DNA of 41,714 nucleotides from a virus. Its lineage: Duplodnaviria; Caudoviricetes. Under the pieces are notes generated by a model that saw nothing but the letters and a program-made list of their open reading frames with translations, was not told the origin of the DNA and ran no database searches. A program made the position numbers and the translations under genes. The stretch lies in IMG/VR virus record IMGVR_UViG_3300037467_000692, positions 1-41,714 of that record; one strand, 5' to 3'. This document shows positions 15,653 to 24,820 of the stretch, in pieces (position 1 is the stretch's first letter; every line of letters starts with the position of its first letter).

Positions 15653-15909
15653 GCGAGTTCCTGCTCAGTGACGGCTTGCCATACTACATCCTAGGCGTTG
15701 GCCTGATGCTGGTGGACGTGCTTTGGGTGTACGAGACCGCGCCCGTCGTGCTGGTCGGCCGTGCGCTGGTGTTCACCGCGAAGCTGGCCGCACTGGCGCT
15801 TGGTGTGGTCATCGCCGTGTGCGTCGCCATGGTGGCGTTCCTGTTCGCCGCTGTGGTGCTCTGCTTCATCCTTAAATCGAAAGCCAACCGTGTAAGGTTC
15901 ATGAAATGA
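15649..15909 (+). CDS. Membrane protein (86 aa)
   Basis: Long hydrophobic segments; ATGA overlaps at both ends. Confidence 0.7.
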   Translation: MSEFLLSDGLPYYILGVGLMLVDVLWVYETAPVVLVGRALVFTAKLAALALGVVIAVCVAMVAFLFAAVVLCFILKSKANRVRFMK

Positions 15910-16541
15910 AAGACAAACACTCGCACTATTACAAGGACGTGCGCCACCTGAGCGAAATTGACGTCTACCGCGTGCTGCAACTGTTCAACGTTACTGACCC
16001 GTGTGTTCAGCACGCGGTCAAGAAGCTGCTGTGCGCAGGCGGGCGCGGCGCCAAAGACCAGGAACGTGACCTGCGCGAAGCCGTCGACAGCGTCAACCGT
16101 TCTCTGCAGATGCACGCCGAGGACTGCAACGTCGGCGTGCTGTACCCGCAGCATGCGCCGAAGAAGGAAGACATTGTTACACTGTCCGTCGGCGTAAAGG
16201 TGGACCCGGGCGTTGGCCTGTTGATGGAAGCTGCCAAGTTCATCGCAAGCGTAGAAGACGGTAGCGTGCATACTTACACAGACCCGCGCATTCCGGCACG
16301 AGCGTTGCTGTACAAGATCAAGAACTTCGCGCCAATGGTCCTGGATCGCAATGAAGCTGCCGCCGCGCAGGGCTTCGACCTCGTGCAAGCTCACCAGAAG
16401 CGCGCAGACGATCTGCAAGCGGTCATGCGCAGCATGGAAGTTGACAGCTACCAGCACATCGCAGCGCAACAGGTTCCGCAAACCGGCGTGCACAACGACG
16501 GCCGCTTCAAAGACATTGCGTCGGGAGCCAAGAATGGTTAA
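15906..16541 (+). CDS. Phage protein with DUF3310-like N-terminal domain
   Basis: HSHYYK...IDVY...HAVKKLLCAG.RG.KD...DL.EA. Confidence 0.6.
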   Translation: MKDKHSHYYKDVRHLSEIDVYRVLQLFNVTDPCVQHAVKKLLCAGGRGAKDQERDLREAVDSVNRSLQMHAEDCNVGVLYPQHAPKKEDIVTLSVGVKVDPGVGLLMEAAKFIASVEDGSVHTYTDPRIPARALLYKIKNFAPMVLDRNEAAAAQGFDLVQAHQKRADDLQAVMRSMEVDSYQHIAAQQVPQTGVHNDGRFKDIASGAKNG

Positions 16542-16983
16542 TATCCGCCAAAAGGGCGCAGGCGGTGAGCGCGAGATCGCAGACGACCTCAATTATATCA
16601 TTTATACGACGATGCAGGAGCTCGGCTGCGAGAACCCGACCATGCGCAGCGTGCAACGCAACCAGAACCAGTCGGCCGTCGGCGGCAGTGACTTGACTGG
16701 CACGCTTGGCCTCGCCATCGAGATCAAGCGGCAGGAAGCGCTGTCGATCAATACGTGGTGGCAGCAATGCACCGCAGCCGCACAGCAGAACGGCGGCGTG
16801 CCGGTGCTGCTGTTCCGTCAGAACGGTAAGAAGTGGCGCTGTGTCATGATTGTGGACTTGCCACTGCCGCAAACGCACGCTCTCATCCCGGCGCGTGCGG
16901 AAATCGACTACGACACGTTCAAGCACTGGTTCAAAGAACACGTTCGCCGCTACCTGAACGCAGGCGGCAAGATCGTTGTGTAG
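16534..16983 (+). CDS. PD-(D/E)xK nuclease, Holliday junction resolvase-like
   Basis: RQKGAGGERE, GSDL, IEIKRQE, WWQQ, PVLLFRQN..KW; GGAG RBS before ATG at 16534. Confidence 0.8.
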   Translation: MVNIRQKGAGGEREIADDLNYIIYTTMQELGCENPTMRSVQRNQNQSAVGGSDLTGTLGLAIEIKRQEALSINTWWQQCTAAAQQNGGVPVLLFRQNGKKWRCVMIVDLPLPQTHALIPARAEIDYDTFKHWFKEHVRRYLNAGGKIVV

Positions 16984-17007
16984 GCGCACGCCTACTTTGC
17001 TCCACAG

Positions 17008-17032
17008 GGCCGCTGAACTAGCGGCCTTTTTT
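17008..17032 (+). terminator. Intrinsic terminator
   Basis: GGCCGCT-N5-AGCGGCC-TTTTTT. Confidence 0.8.
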
Positions 17033-17084
17033 ACGTCTCTGTTATGCTCCGCACCATACCGCAACCCCGTATAGGCGCAACCCA

Positions 17085-17525
17085 ATGAAACTCACCGTCG
17101 TCCGTAAGGAATTTTCTGAGACCACTACCATCGGGGAAATGTTCGTGGATGGCGTCTTTCAGTGCTACACGCTCGAAGACACCGTTCGCAATCTGAAGTC
17201 GGCCAAAGACAAAATCTACGGCAAGACCGCCATCCCCGCAGGCACGTACAAGGTCACCATTACGGACAGCGCCCGCTTCAAACGCAAGCTGCCGCTGGTC
17301 AATGACGTACCGTTCTTTGAGGGAATCCGCATCCACCCCGGCAACACTGCCGCAGATACCGACGGCTGCATTCTTGTTGGTACGTCGAAGCTTTCTGCGG
17401 TGGACCGGCCAACCCTGTTCATTGGGAACTCGCGTGTTGCTTTCGAGGCCCTGTTCGCCAAGCTGGTGACGGCGGGCAGCATTTCCATCACCATTACCGA
17501 GGACCGTAATGCAACTGCTCCCTGA
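17085..17525 (+). CDS. DUF5675-family protein, probable endolysin
   Basis: TIG...CYTLED, TAIPAGTY, VP.FEGIRIHPGN...DTDGCILVG; first gene of the lysis cassette. Confidence 0.8.
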   Translation: MKLTVVRKEFSETTTIGEMFVDGVFQCYTLEDTVRNLKSAKDKIYGKTAIPAGTYKVTITDSARFKRKLPLVNDVPFFEGIRIHPGNTAADTDGCILVGTSKLSAVDRPTLFIGNSRVAFEALFAKLVTAGSISITITEDRNATAP

Positions 17526-17838
17526 AGAGACTCGGTGGTGGCTTGAAGCTTTGCTCTATGCTGCGCTTGCAGCACTGGGCGGGCTGCTGGGACACATCAT
17601 GCGAGCTATCGACAAACAAGAGAAGATCAACGTCGCCCGTGCAATAATCGAGGCGATGGCGGCGGGCTTTGTTGGCCTGCTGATGATGCTGGCCTGTAAT
17701 GCGATGGCTCTGCCGTCACAATGGACCGGCGTTATTGTGGGCGTGTGTGGATGGCTGGGCGCAAACGCAACCATCCGCATACTTGAAGAACTGGTGTACA
17801 AAAAGCTCGGTCTGAAAAAGGCCAGAAAGGCGCAATAA
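17509..17838 (+). CDS. Holin (three TM segments)
   Basis: Three hydrophobic helices, basic C-terminus, position in the cassette. Confidence 0.8.
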   Translation: MQLLPEETRWWLEALLYAALAALGGLLGHIMRAIDKQEKINVARAIIEAMAAGFVGLLMMLACNAMALPSQWTGVIVGVCGWLGANATIRILEELVYKKLGLKKARKAQ

Positions 17839-18080
17839 TGAACCAGATCAAATCGTTTTTCGTGCAGGCATTCACGGAGCCCAATAACCACACGATCTGC
17901 CCGGTGCGCATCATCGGCGTAGCGGCCGTTTTGCAGGGTTTGGGGCTGAGCGCGTACGCGGTGGTTGTGCAGCATGCCACGTTTGACTTGCTGGCCTATG
18001 GTGGCGGTATTGGCGCCCTGCTGGGTGCTTTGGGTGCTGCGCTGGGCATGAAAAAGGACACGCCCCATGGCTCTGCTTGA
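17838..18080 (+). CDS. Second lysis-cassette membrane protein (two TM segments; holin/antiholin-like)
   Basis: Two hydrophobic helices; TAATG coupling. Confidence 0.6.
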   Translation: MNQIKSFFVQAFTEPNNHTICPVRIIGVAAVLQGLGLSAYAVVVQHATFDLLAYGGGIGALLGALGAALGMKKDTPHGSA

Positions 18081-18579
18081 CGCCGTGGCGCCGTACCGGT
18101 GGGCCGCTGAGGCTGTGGTCATCGGTGCCGTGGTAGCCGGCTGCGCGTACGCCTTTCATGAGTACAGCATGGGCCAGCAGGACATCGGCTACAAGCGCGC
18201 CAAAGCCGAACAGGCGACACTGGACAAGGTTCGCGACACGGCGCAGGCCAAGCTGGACGCGGTCCTAACTCAACGCGTCTCGGACGCAGAAAGCAAAGCC
18301 AATGAACGTGACACAACTCAAAAGGCGCTCAACGCTGCTGTTGGCGTGTCTGCTGACCGGTTGCAGCGCGCCATCGATCAAGTACGTGCCGGTTCCGACA
18401 CCGCTACCGTCGAAGCCCTCCGTGCGTCAACCGCTACCCTCGCAACCGTATTCCAAGACTGCGCAGGACAATATCGATCGCTGGCAAAAGCAGCTGACGG
18501 ACACGCAAGCGACGTCCAAACGCTGATCGATGCATGGCCCGTAACACCCCCTCAACCCCAACAGGAGCAATCCAAATGA
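18067..18579 (+). CDS. Rz: Inner-membrane spanin
   Basis: N-terminal TM anchor, coiled coil, embedded lipoprotein gene. Confidence 0.85.
   Translation: MALLDAVAPYRWAAEAVVIGAVVAGCAYAFHEYSMGQQDIGYKRAKAEQATLDKVRDTAQAKLDAVLTQRVSDAESKANERDTTQKALNAAVGVSADRLQRAIDQVRAGSDTATVEALRASTATLATVFQDCAGQYRSLAKAADGHASDVQTLIDAWPVTPPQPQQEQSK
18302..18526 (+). CDS. Rz1: Outer-membrane spanin lipoprotein, fully embedded in Rz (+1 frame)
   Basis: Signal peptide with LLTGC lipobox; Pro-rich mature part. Confidence 0.85.
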   Translation: MNVTQLKRRSTLLLACLLTGCSAPSIKYVPVPTPLPSKPSVRQPLPSQPYSKTAQDNIDRWQKQLTDTQATSKR

Positions 18580-18821
18580 GCACCAATATGCGCGCAAAGC
18601 TGCAAATCAACCGCATCGAGCAGTTCGCCACCTGCGAAACCTTGCACTTCAACGCGGTCTGCGCCAAGTCGTACCCGGCGGACGGCAGCGACGAGGACAA
18701 CACCTTCGCCAAATTCTCTCCCTCGGCGACTCTGCAGATCCAGATCTCCAATCCGGCGCTGCTGGGTCAGTTCAAGGTCGGCGAGAAATACTACGTCGAC
18801 TTCACGCCTGCGCCGCAGTAA
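18576..18821 (+). CDS. Small phage protein of unknown function (81 aa)
   Basis: AGGAG RBS, ATGA overlap; MRAK...F..FSPS...I.NP...F..G..YYVDFT. Confidence 0.75.
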   Translation: MSTNMRAKLQINRIEQFATCETLHFNAVCAKSYPADGSDEDNTFAKFSPSATLQIQISNPALLGQFKVGEKYYVDFTPAPQ

Positions 18822-18836
18822 GCCCGCATCGGCTAG

Positions 18837-18867
18837 AAAAAGGCCCGCCATCGTGCGGGCCTTTTTT
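18837..18867 (+). terminator. Bidirectional intrinsic terminator
   Basis: AAAAA-GGCCCGC-N6-GCGGGCC-TTTTTT. Confidence 0.85.
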
Positions 18868-18955
18868 GTCCATGTTGCCCCTTCATCCGGGGCCATACTA
18901 TACTCCGACGTGTGTAGGCCGATATGAGTCGGCATCAATAAAGGGAGTGCGGCGC

Positions 18956-19483
18956 ATGGCGACCGACCACATGATCACCAACATCGTTCTTGACGCGGCA
19001 ATGATGCCCGAAATGAGCGAGCGAGAGAAGGCCCTGCGGGACTTGTTTGTCCGCGAGTACTTCGTAGATTACAATGAAATCGCCGCGTGCCTGCGCTGCG
19101 GTTTTATGCGGTCCTTTGCGGAAGAATACGCTAAGAAGTTCATGGCTGAGCCGTACGTGCGGCAGCAATTGGCCATCATGGAGCAGACCGCCCCACTCCC
19201 CAACACCGGCAACAAGAACGCTGACGATTTCAACCGGCAGCGCATTATCCAAGGGCTGTTCAAAGAAGCCCACGACCGCACCAGCAGCGGCTCGGCCCGC
19301 GTGTCCGCACTCAAAGAACTTGCAGAAATCTACAAGCTGAAAGAGCCTACCAAGGCACCCGAAGATAATAACAAGAAACATCGCGGCGGCGTGATCCAAG
19401 TTCCTGAAATTGCGGACGTCACCAAGTGGGAAGAGGTTGCGGTAGCCACACAAGAAAAGTTGGTTGAAGATGTCCGCAACTAA
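18956..19483 (+). CDS. terS: Terminase small subunit
   Basis: FVREYFVDYNEIAACLRCG HTH, SARVSALKELA; directly upstream of TerL. Confidence 0.85.
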   Translation: MATDHMITNIVLDAAMMPEMSEREKALRDLFVREYFVDYNEIAACLRCGFMRSFAEEYAKKFMAEPYVRQQLAIMEQTAPLPNTGNKNADDFNRQRIIQGLFKEAHDRTSSGSARVSALKELAEIYKLKEPTKAPEDNNKKHRGGVIQVPEIADVTKWEEVAVATQEKLVEDVRN

Positions 19484-21125
19484 CGCCCAGTTCGCATACA
19501 AGGACGGGCCTGCAACCAACGCCGTCAACGCGCCAAGCAACGTAAAGTGGAAGCCGTTGCCGGGGTCGCAGACGCTGGCCATGTCATGCCCCGCGAACAT
19601 CATCGTTTACCACGGCACGCGCGGCCCCGGCAAAACCGACTCACAGCTGATGCGCTTCAGGCGCCGCGTGGGGCTGGGCTACGGCCGGCACTGGCGCGGT
19701 ATCATCTTTGACCGCGAATACAAGAACTTGGACGACCTCGTGTCCAAGTCACAGCGCTGGTTCCCCGAAATGCCTGACGAGCAAGGGCGCCTGCCCCGCT
19801 TTTTGAGCAGCAAGAGCGATTACCGCTGGGTGTGGCCATCGGGTGAAGAACTGCTGTTCCGCGCGATCAAAAAAGAGTCCGATTACTGGGGCTACCACGG
19901 CCAAGAGTTCCCGTTCATCGGCTGGAACGAGCTCACCAAGTACCCGACGGACACGCTGTTTGAATCGCTGATGTCCTGCAACCGTACATCGTTCCGCCCC
20001 GAGGATTATCCCATCTACAACCAGGACACTGACTCGTGGGAGTACCTGCCGGAGCTAACGCTGGAGGTATTTGCAACTTGCAACCCGTACGGCGCCGGGC
20101 ACAACTGGGTCAAGAAGCGGTTCATCAACGCCGCGCCAATGGGCAAGATCCAAGTCAAGACGATGAACGTGTTCAACCCGCGCACGCAGCGCAAGGAAGA
20201 CATCGTTAAGACGCAAGTGCATCTGTTCGGCAGCTACCGCGAGAACATTTACCTGCCACCGGAGTACATTGCCGAGCTGTCGTCCATCACTGACCCTAAC
20301 AAGCGCAAGGCGTGGTTGCAAGGCGATTGGGACGTGCTTGCCGGTGGCATGTTCGACGATATGTGGGACTCGTTGCACAACGTCGTGAAGCCGTTTGGTA
20401 TCCCGTCGTCGTGGCGCATCGACCGCTCGTTTGACTGGGGCTCAAGCAAGCCGTTCAGCGTTGGCTGGTGGGCAGAGTCCGACGGCAGTGACGTTATGAT
20501 GCCGGACGGCACATGGCGCAGCACGGTACGCGGTGACTTGTTCAGGATTGCTGAATGGTACGGCTGGAACGGCAAGAGTAATCAGGGTCTAATGATGCTG
20601 GCAAGCGATGTTGCGGCCGGTATTGTTGAGCGCGAACTGGCGCTCGGCATCCATGGTCGTGTGCAGCCCGGCCCCGCCGACAACGCGATCTGGGACGTTG
20701 AGAACGGCAACAGCATCGCCGTGGACATGCGCAAACCTGTGACAATTAAGAAGGGGCCGTTCGCTGGTAAAGGTCCGCTTGCTGGCGGCAAGTGGCCCGG
20801 CGTAGAATGGGGGCGCTCCGATAAGTCGGCCGGTAGCCGTAAGGCCGGCTGGGAAAAAATGCGCAAGTACATGCGCTACGCGAGACCGAATTATCTGCTG
20901 GATGCCAATGGCCAACCGCTGAGCCGCATCCCGCGAGAGCACCCCGGCTTGTTTGTATTCAATACCTGCACGATGTTCATTGACCTTGTGCCGGTGCTGC
21001 CGCGAGACGAAGTGGACCAAGACGACGTTGACACCGAGTCCGAAGACCACATTGGTGACGAAGCGCGATACCGCGTATTGGCGACTGGCATGGGCGCCCG
21101 AATGGGCAAAACGAAAGGTACTTAA
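19470..21125 (+). CDS. terL: Terminase large subunit
   Basis: Walker A GTRGPGKT, Walker B FIGWNE, ATCNP, nuclease motifs FDWG and EDH..DE.RY. Confidence 0.95.
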   Translation: MSATNAQFAYKDGPATNAVNAPSNVKWKPLPGSQTLAMSCPANIIVYHGTRGPGKTDSQLMRFRRRVGLGYGRHWRGIIFDREYKNLDDLVSKSQRWFPEMPDEQGRLPRFLSSKSDYRWVWPSGEELLFRAIKKESDYWGYHGQEFPFIGWNELTKYPTDTLFESLMSCNRTSFRPEDYPIYNQDTDSWEYLPELTLEVFATCNPYGAGHNWVKKRFINAAPMGKIQVKTMNVFNPRTQRKEDIVKTQVHLFGSYRENIYLPPEYIAELSSITDPNKRKAWLQGDWDVLAGGMFDDMWDSLHNVVKPFGIPSSWRIDRSFDWGSSKPFSVGWWAESDGSDVMMPDGTWRSTVRGDLFRIAEWYGWNGKSNQGLMMLASDVAAGIVERELALGIHGRVQPGPADNAIWDVENGNSIAVDMRKPVTIKKGPFAGKGPLAGGKWPGVEWGRSDKSAGSRKAGWEKMRKYMRYARPNYLLDANGQPLSRIPREHPGLFVFNTCTMFIDLVPVLPRDEVDQDDVDTESEDHIGDEARYRVLATGMGARMGKTKGT

Positions 21126-21136
21126 AGGAACTATTT

Positions 21137-22624
21137 ATGGCACTGGACAGCACACACCCGCTCTACGCGGAGACGCTCGACGATATGACGCTGATGCGCG
21201 ACTCCTACGGCGGCGAACGCAGAATGAAGGCAAAGGACAAGACGTATTTGCCGCCAACGCCCGGCATGCTCATTGATGGTATGGGCATAGGCGAGCCGGG
21301 GTACGAGAATTATCAGGCGTACAAGCAGCGCGCCCGCTACCCGGAGTTTGTGTCCGACGCTGTGGAGTTCCTGCTGGGCATGATGCACAACAAGCCACCG
21401 GTCATTGAAGTGCCGGACCGGCTGAAGGGCCTGCTGGAAAAGGCTACAGCGGACGGCGAGACTCTTGAGGGCCTGCTGCGCCGCATCAATGAACAACAGC
21501 TTGTCACCGGGCGCGTTGGTGCAATGCTTGACCTGCCCCTGACCCCTGACCCGACCAACCCGATGCCTTTCATCGCGCTGTACAACGCTGAAGCGATCAT
21601 CAATTGGGACGACAGCAACGACAACGTCGACTACAACAAGCTGTCGCTCGTTGTGTTGGACGAAAGCGGATTCGAGCGAAACAGTGAATTCAACTGGGTG
21701 CTTGTGAAGCGTTACCGGGTGTTGGCGGATGCAACCGCAATGGAGATTGCTGGCCACACGGGCTATGTGTTCGGTGTCTACAAGAACACCACAACGTTCG
21801 ACGTTACTACGGTGCAGTCACCGACGTTGCGCGGCGTGAAGTTGGATACTGTGCCGTTTGTGTTCATCAACACCAAGGACAACATGGGGCGCCCCGATAA
21901 CCCGCCCCTGCTGCCGCTGGCGTACGCCGCCAAGGCCGTGTATCAATCCGAAGGCGACTACCGGCAAGCCCTGTTCTTGCAGGGCCAGGACACGCTTGTG
22001 GTCATTGGTGGCATCCGGGCTGCGGCCGGCGACAGTGATGACGATACCCGCGTCGGCGCAGGCGCCATGATTCAGGTTGAGATGGGCGGTGACGCCAAGT
22101 ACATCGGCGTGAGTGCAACCGGCCTGCCGGAGCTTCGTCAGGCGCTCGAGAACGATTACAAGCGTGCCGAGGCCAAGACCGGGCAACTTGTCAACAGCAT
22201 GGGCAGCAATGCAGAGAGTGGCAACGCGCTCGAGACGCGCCTTGGCGCGCAGACGGCAACGCTCAAACAGATTGCCAAGGCTGGCGCGGCCGGGCTGGAA
22301 CGTCTGCTCAAGATCGCTGCAAGATGGATGGGTGCGGACGAGACGGCTGTCAAGGTTACTCCGAACCTTGAGTTTGCTGACGTCACCATGACCGGCAAAG
22401 ATCTGGTTGACCTGATGACGGCGAAGAACATGGGCGCCCCGCTGTCGCAGGAAACCATCCACGACAACATGCGTTCGCGCGGCATTACTACCCGCGACTT
22501 CGAGGAAGAAATGGGCCTGATCAACGACGAGGCGCCAGTGCTGGGCACGCTGTCTGGCGGCGGTCACCCGAATCTCAACGCGCCGCCTGATAATGCCAAC
22601 ACTCCGCCGAGTAACAAGAAATGA
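21137..22624 (+). CDS. Portal protein (DUF4055-like)
   Basis: Follows TerL; YLP, Y..RA, IINW, PPLLPLA, ESG.AL motifs. Confidence 0.9.
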   Translation: MALDSTHPLYAETLDDMTLMRDSYGGERRMKAKDKTYLPPTPGMLIDGMGIGEPGYENYQAYKQRARYPEFVSDAVEFLLGMMHNKPPVIEVPDRLKGLLEKATADGETLEGLLRRINEQQLVTGRVGAMLDLPLTPDPTNPMPFIALYNAEAIINWDDSNDNVDYNKLSLVVLDESGFERNSEFNWVLVKRYRVLADATAMEIAGHTGYVFGVYKNTTTFDVTTVQSPTLRGVKLDTVPFVFINTKDNMGRPDNPPLLPLAYAAKAVYQSEGDYRQALFLQGQDTLVVIGGIRAAAGDSDDDTRVGAGAMIQVEMGGDAKYIGVSATGLPELRQALENDYKRAEAKTGQLVNSMGSNAESGNALETRLGAQTATLKQIAKAGAAGLERLLKIAARWMGADETAVKVTPNLEFADVTMTGKDLVDLMTAKNMGAPLSQETIHDNMRSRGITTRDFEEEMGLINDEAPVLGTLSGGGHPNLNAPPDNANTPPSNKK

Positions 22625-23820
22625 AGACAGCGAATGAGGAATTAGCGGATGCCCTCATTCGCCACCAGATCTGGCTGCTGCGCTACAGCGGCACAGTGCG
22701 CAACAAGATCACGGCGCTGTTGAGCAAGTCCGAGAAGGACATTGCAGAGAAGATCCGAGGGTACGAATTGGGCGCAGCGGGCCTCAGCAACCCGCAGGAA
22801 TACCAGCGCTTGAAGGCGCTATACGCCGCAATCGAGGAGATGCGCAAGAACGCATGGGGCGAGGTTGACAGTTTCTTCACCGACGAAATGAAGGCGCTGA
22901 CGTACCAAGAGCCAATCGTGCTGAGCAAGGTTGTGCAGACGGTGCTACCCGTCACCGTGTCGACCGTAGTGCCGACGGCAAACCTGCTGCGCTCAATGGT
23001 GCTGTCCAAGCCGTTCGAAGGCCGTGTCATGAGCGATTGGGTGAGCACGCTTGCTGCCGACGACATCCGCCGCATGGAGAACGCAATCCAGCTTGGCATG
23101 GTTGCAGGCGAGCCAATGGACAAGATTGCGAAGCGGGTGGCTGGTAGCACTGCGCTCAAGGGTAGCGACGGTATCACCGCCCTTACGCGCCGCCAGATTG
23201 ACGCCGTAACGCGTACGGCCGTGCAGCATGTGGCCAACAACGCTCGTAACGAGTGGCTCAAGCAGAACAGCGACCTGTTCAAGCTCGAGCAATTTGTTGC
23301 GACGTTGGACTCCCGCACAACGCCAATATGCCGGGCCGAGGACGGCAAACGATATCCAGTTGGACAGGGGCCGATTCCACCCTTACACTACGGTTGCCGT
23401 TCACTGAGGGTGGCAGTGTTCAACGATAAGCTGCTGGGCAACAGGCCAGCAAACCCCACTACCGAAAGCATCCTGGTTGGCGAATATGCGGACGAGAATG
23501 GGCTCGGCAGTATCGGCGCGCGGGATGACCTGCCGCGCGGCCAGAAGGGCAAGTATGATGAGTGGGCGCGCGGACGTATTCGGGAGCTTGTTGGCCCGGT
23601 GCCCGCGGACAGCACATACCAAACTTGGTTGGAGAAGCAGAGCAAAGCATTCCAGGAAGACGTGCTCGGCATTGCTAAATCCAAGCTGTTCCGCGATGGC
23701 GGGCTTACGTTGGACAAGTTCGTTGACCACAACGGTAACGAGCTCACCCTCAAGGATCTGGTAAAGAAACACGAAGAAGCTTTCGTTGCGGCGGGCTTGG
23801 ATCCGTCAAAGTATTTTTAA
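22621..23820 (+). CDS. Minor head protein (SPP1 gp7 / Mu F family)
   Basis: TRTA, ATLDSRTTPICR, PPLHYGCRS. Confidence 0.92.
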   Translation: MKTANEELADALIRHQIWLLRYSGTVRNKITALLSKSEKDIAEKIRGYELGAAGLSNPQEYQRLKALYAAIEEMRKNAWGEVDSFFTDEMKALTYQEPIVLSKVVQTVLPVTVSTVVPTANLLRSMVLSKPFEGRVMSDWVSTLAADDIRRMENAIQLGMVAGEPMDKIAKRVAGSTALKGSDGITALTRRQIDAVTRTAVQHVANNARNEWLKQNSDLFKLEQFVATLDSRTTPICRAEDGKRYPVGQGPIPPLHYGCRSLRVAVFNDKLLGNRPANPTTESILVGEYADENGLGSIGARDDLPRGQKGKYDEWARGRIRELVGPVPADSTYQTWLEKQSKAFQEDVLGIAKSKLFRDGGLTLDKFVDHNGNELTLKDLVKKHEEAFVAAGLDPSKYF

Positions 23821-23852
23821 CCGTCACATGAGTGACACAACAAGGAGTAGCC

Positions 23853-24671
23853 ATGGGGCTCGCATATCAGGTAGACAGTCTGGACGGCATCGCCAACCAC
23901 TTCCACGAACTCTATTCGGAGCAGAACGGTAAGTTTGTTCTGACCGGCGTCGAAGGCGTCAAGCCGTTGACGGAGTTCTCGACGGTGCACACCGCACTCG
24001 GCAAAGAGCGCAACGAACACAAGGGCACGAAGGCCAAGCTGGACGCATGGGCGCAACTCGGCACGCCGGAAGAAGTGCAGGCCAAGCTGGACCGCATTGC
24101 CGAGCTGGAAGCGGCAGGCGGCGGCGCGCTGGACAAGGCCGCGATCGACAAGCTGGTGGAAGGTCGCCTGAACAGCACGAAGGCCCCGCTGGAACGCCAG
24201 ATCCAGCAGCTTACCGGTCAGCTGACCGAACGTGACACCCTGCTGAACCAGTACAAGGCCAAGGAAACGACGCGCACCATCCACGACGGCCTGCGCGAAG
24301 CCCTGAAGAAGCACGAGGGCTTTCAGGCGAGCGCGTTCGAAGACGCCGCGATGCTGGCCGAGCGCATGTTCGAGGTCAGCGAAGACGGTCGTGTGGTCAC
24401 CAAAGACGGCGTCGGCGTCACCCCCGGCGTGGACCCGGCCGTGTGGCTCACCGAGATGCAGAACAAGCGTCCCCACTGGTGGGGTCCGTCTGCTGGCGGC
24501 GGCGCACGCGGCAGTGCCGGTGCCGGTGGCACTGGTGGCAGCAACCCGTTCAGCCGTGCGAACTGGAACATGACCGAGCAAGCCAAGCTCTACCGCGAAA
24601 ATCCTGCCCGCGCTGAGCAGCTTGCCAAGTCGGCCGGAACTACGATCGGCGGCGCAATGCCGGCCCAGTGA
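23853..24671 (+). CDS. Head scaffolding protein
   Basis: Coiled coil with Gly-rich tail and NPF motif; directly before the capsid gene; AAGGAG RBS. Confidence 0.8.
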   Translation: MGLAYQVDSLDGIANHFHELYSEQNGKFVLTGVEGVKPLTEFSTVHTALGKERNEHKGTKAKLDAWAQLGTPEEVQAKLDRIAELEAAGGGALDKAAIDKLVEGRLNSTKAPLERQIQQLTGQLTERDTLLNQYKAKETTRTIHDGLREALKKHEGFQASAFEDAAMLAERMFEVSEDGRVVTKDGVGVTPGVDPAVWLTEMQNKRPHWWGPSAGGGARGSAGAGGTGGSNPFSRANWNMTEQAKLYRENPARAEQLAKSAGTTIGGAMPAQ

Positions 24672-24820
24672 TTTTAATCAAGTTGCGGCTGCTGCGCTGG
24701 GGCTGGTATATTTTGCCTCAGCGTGGCATGTGCCACTGACAACTTGACCCGCAGCCATGGGGCTTGCGATGGTTAAAGACCTCTCTTTTTCCAACCAAGC
24801 CAACCTTAGGAGAATTCCAC

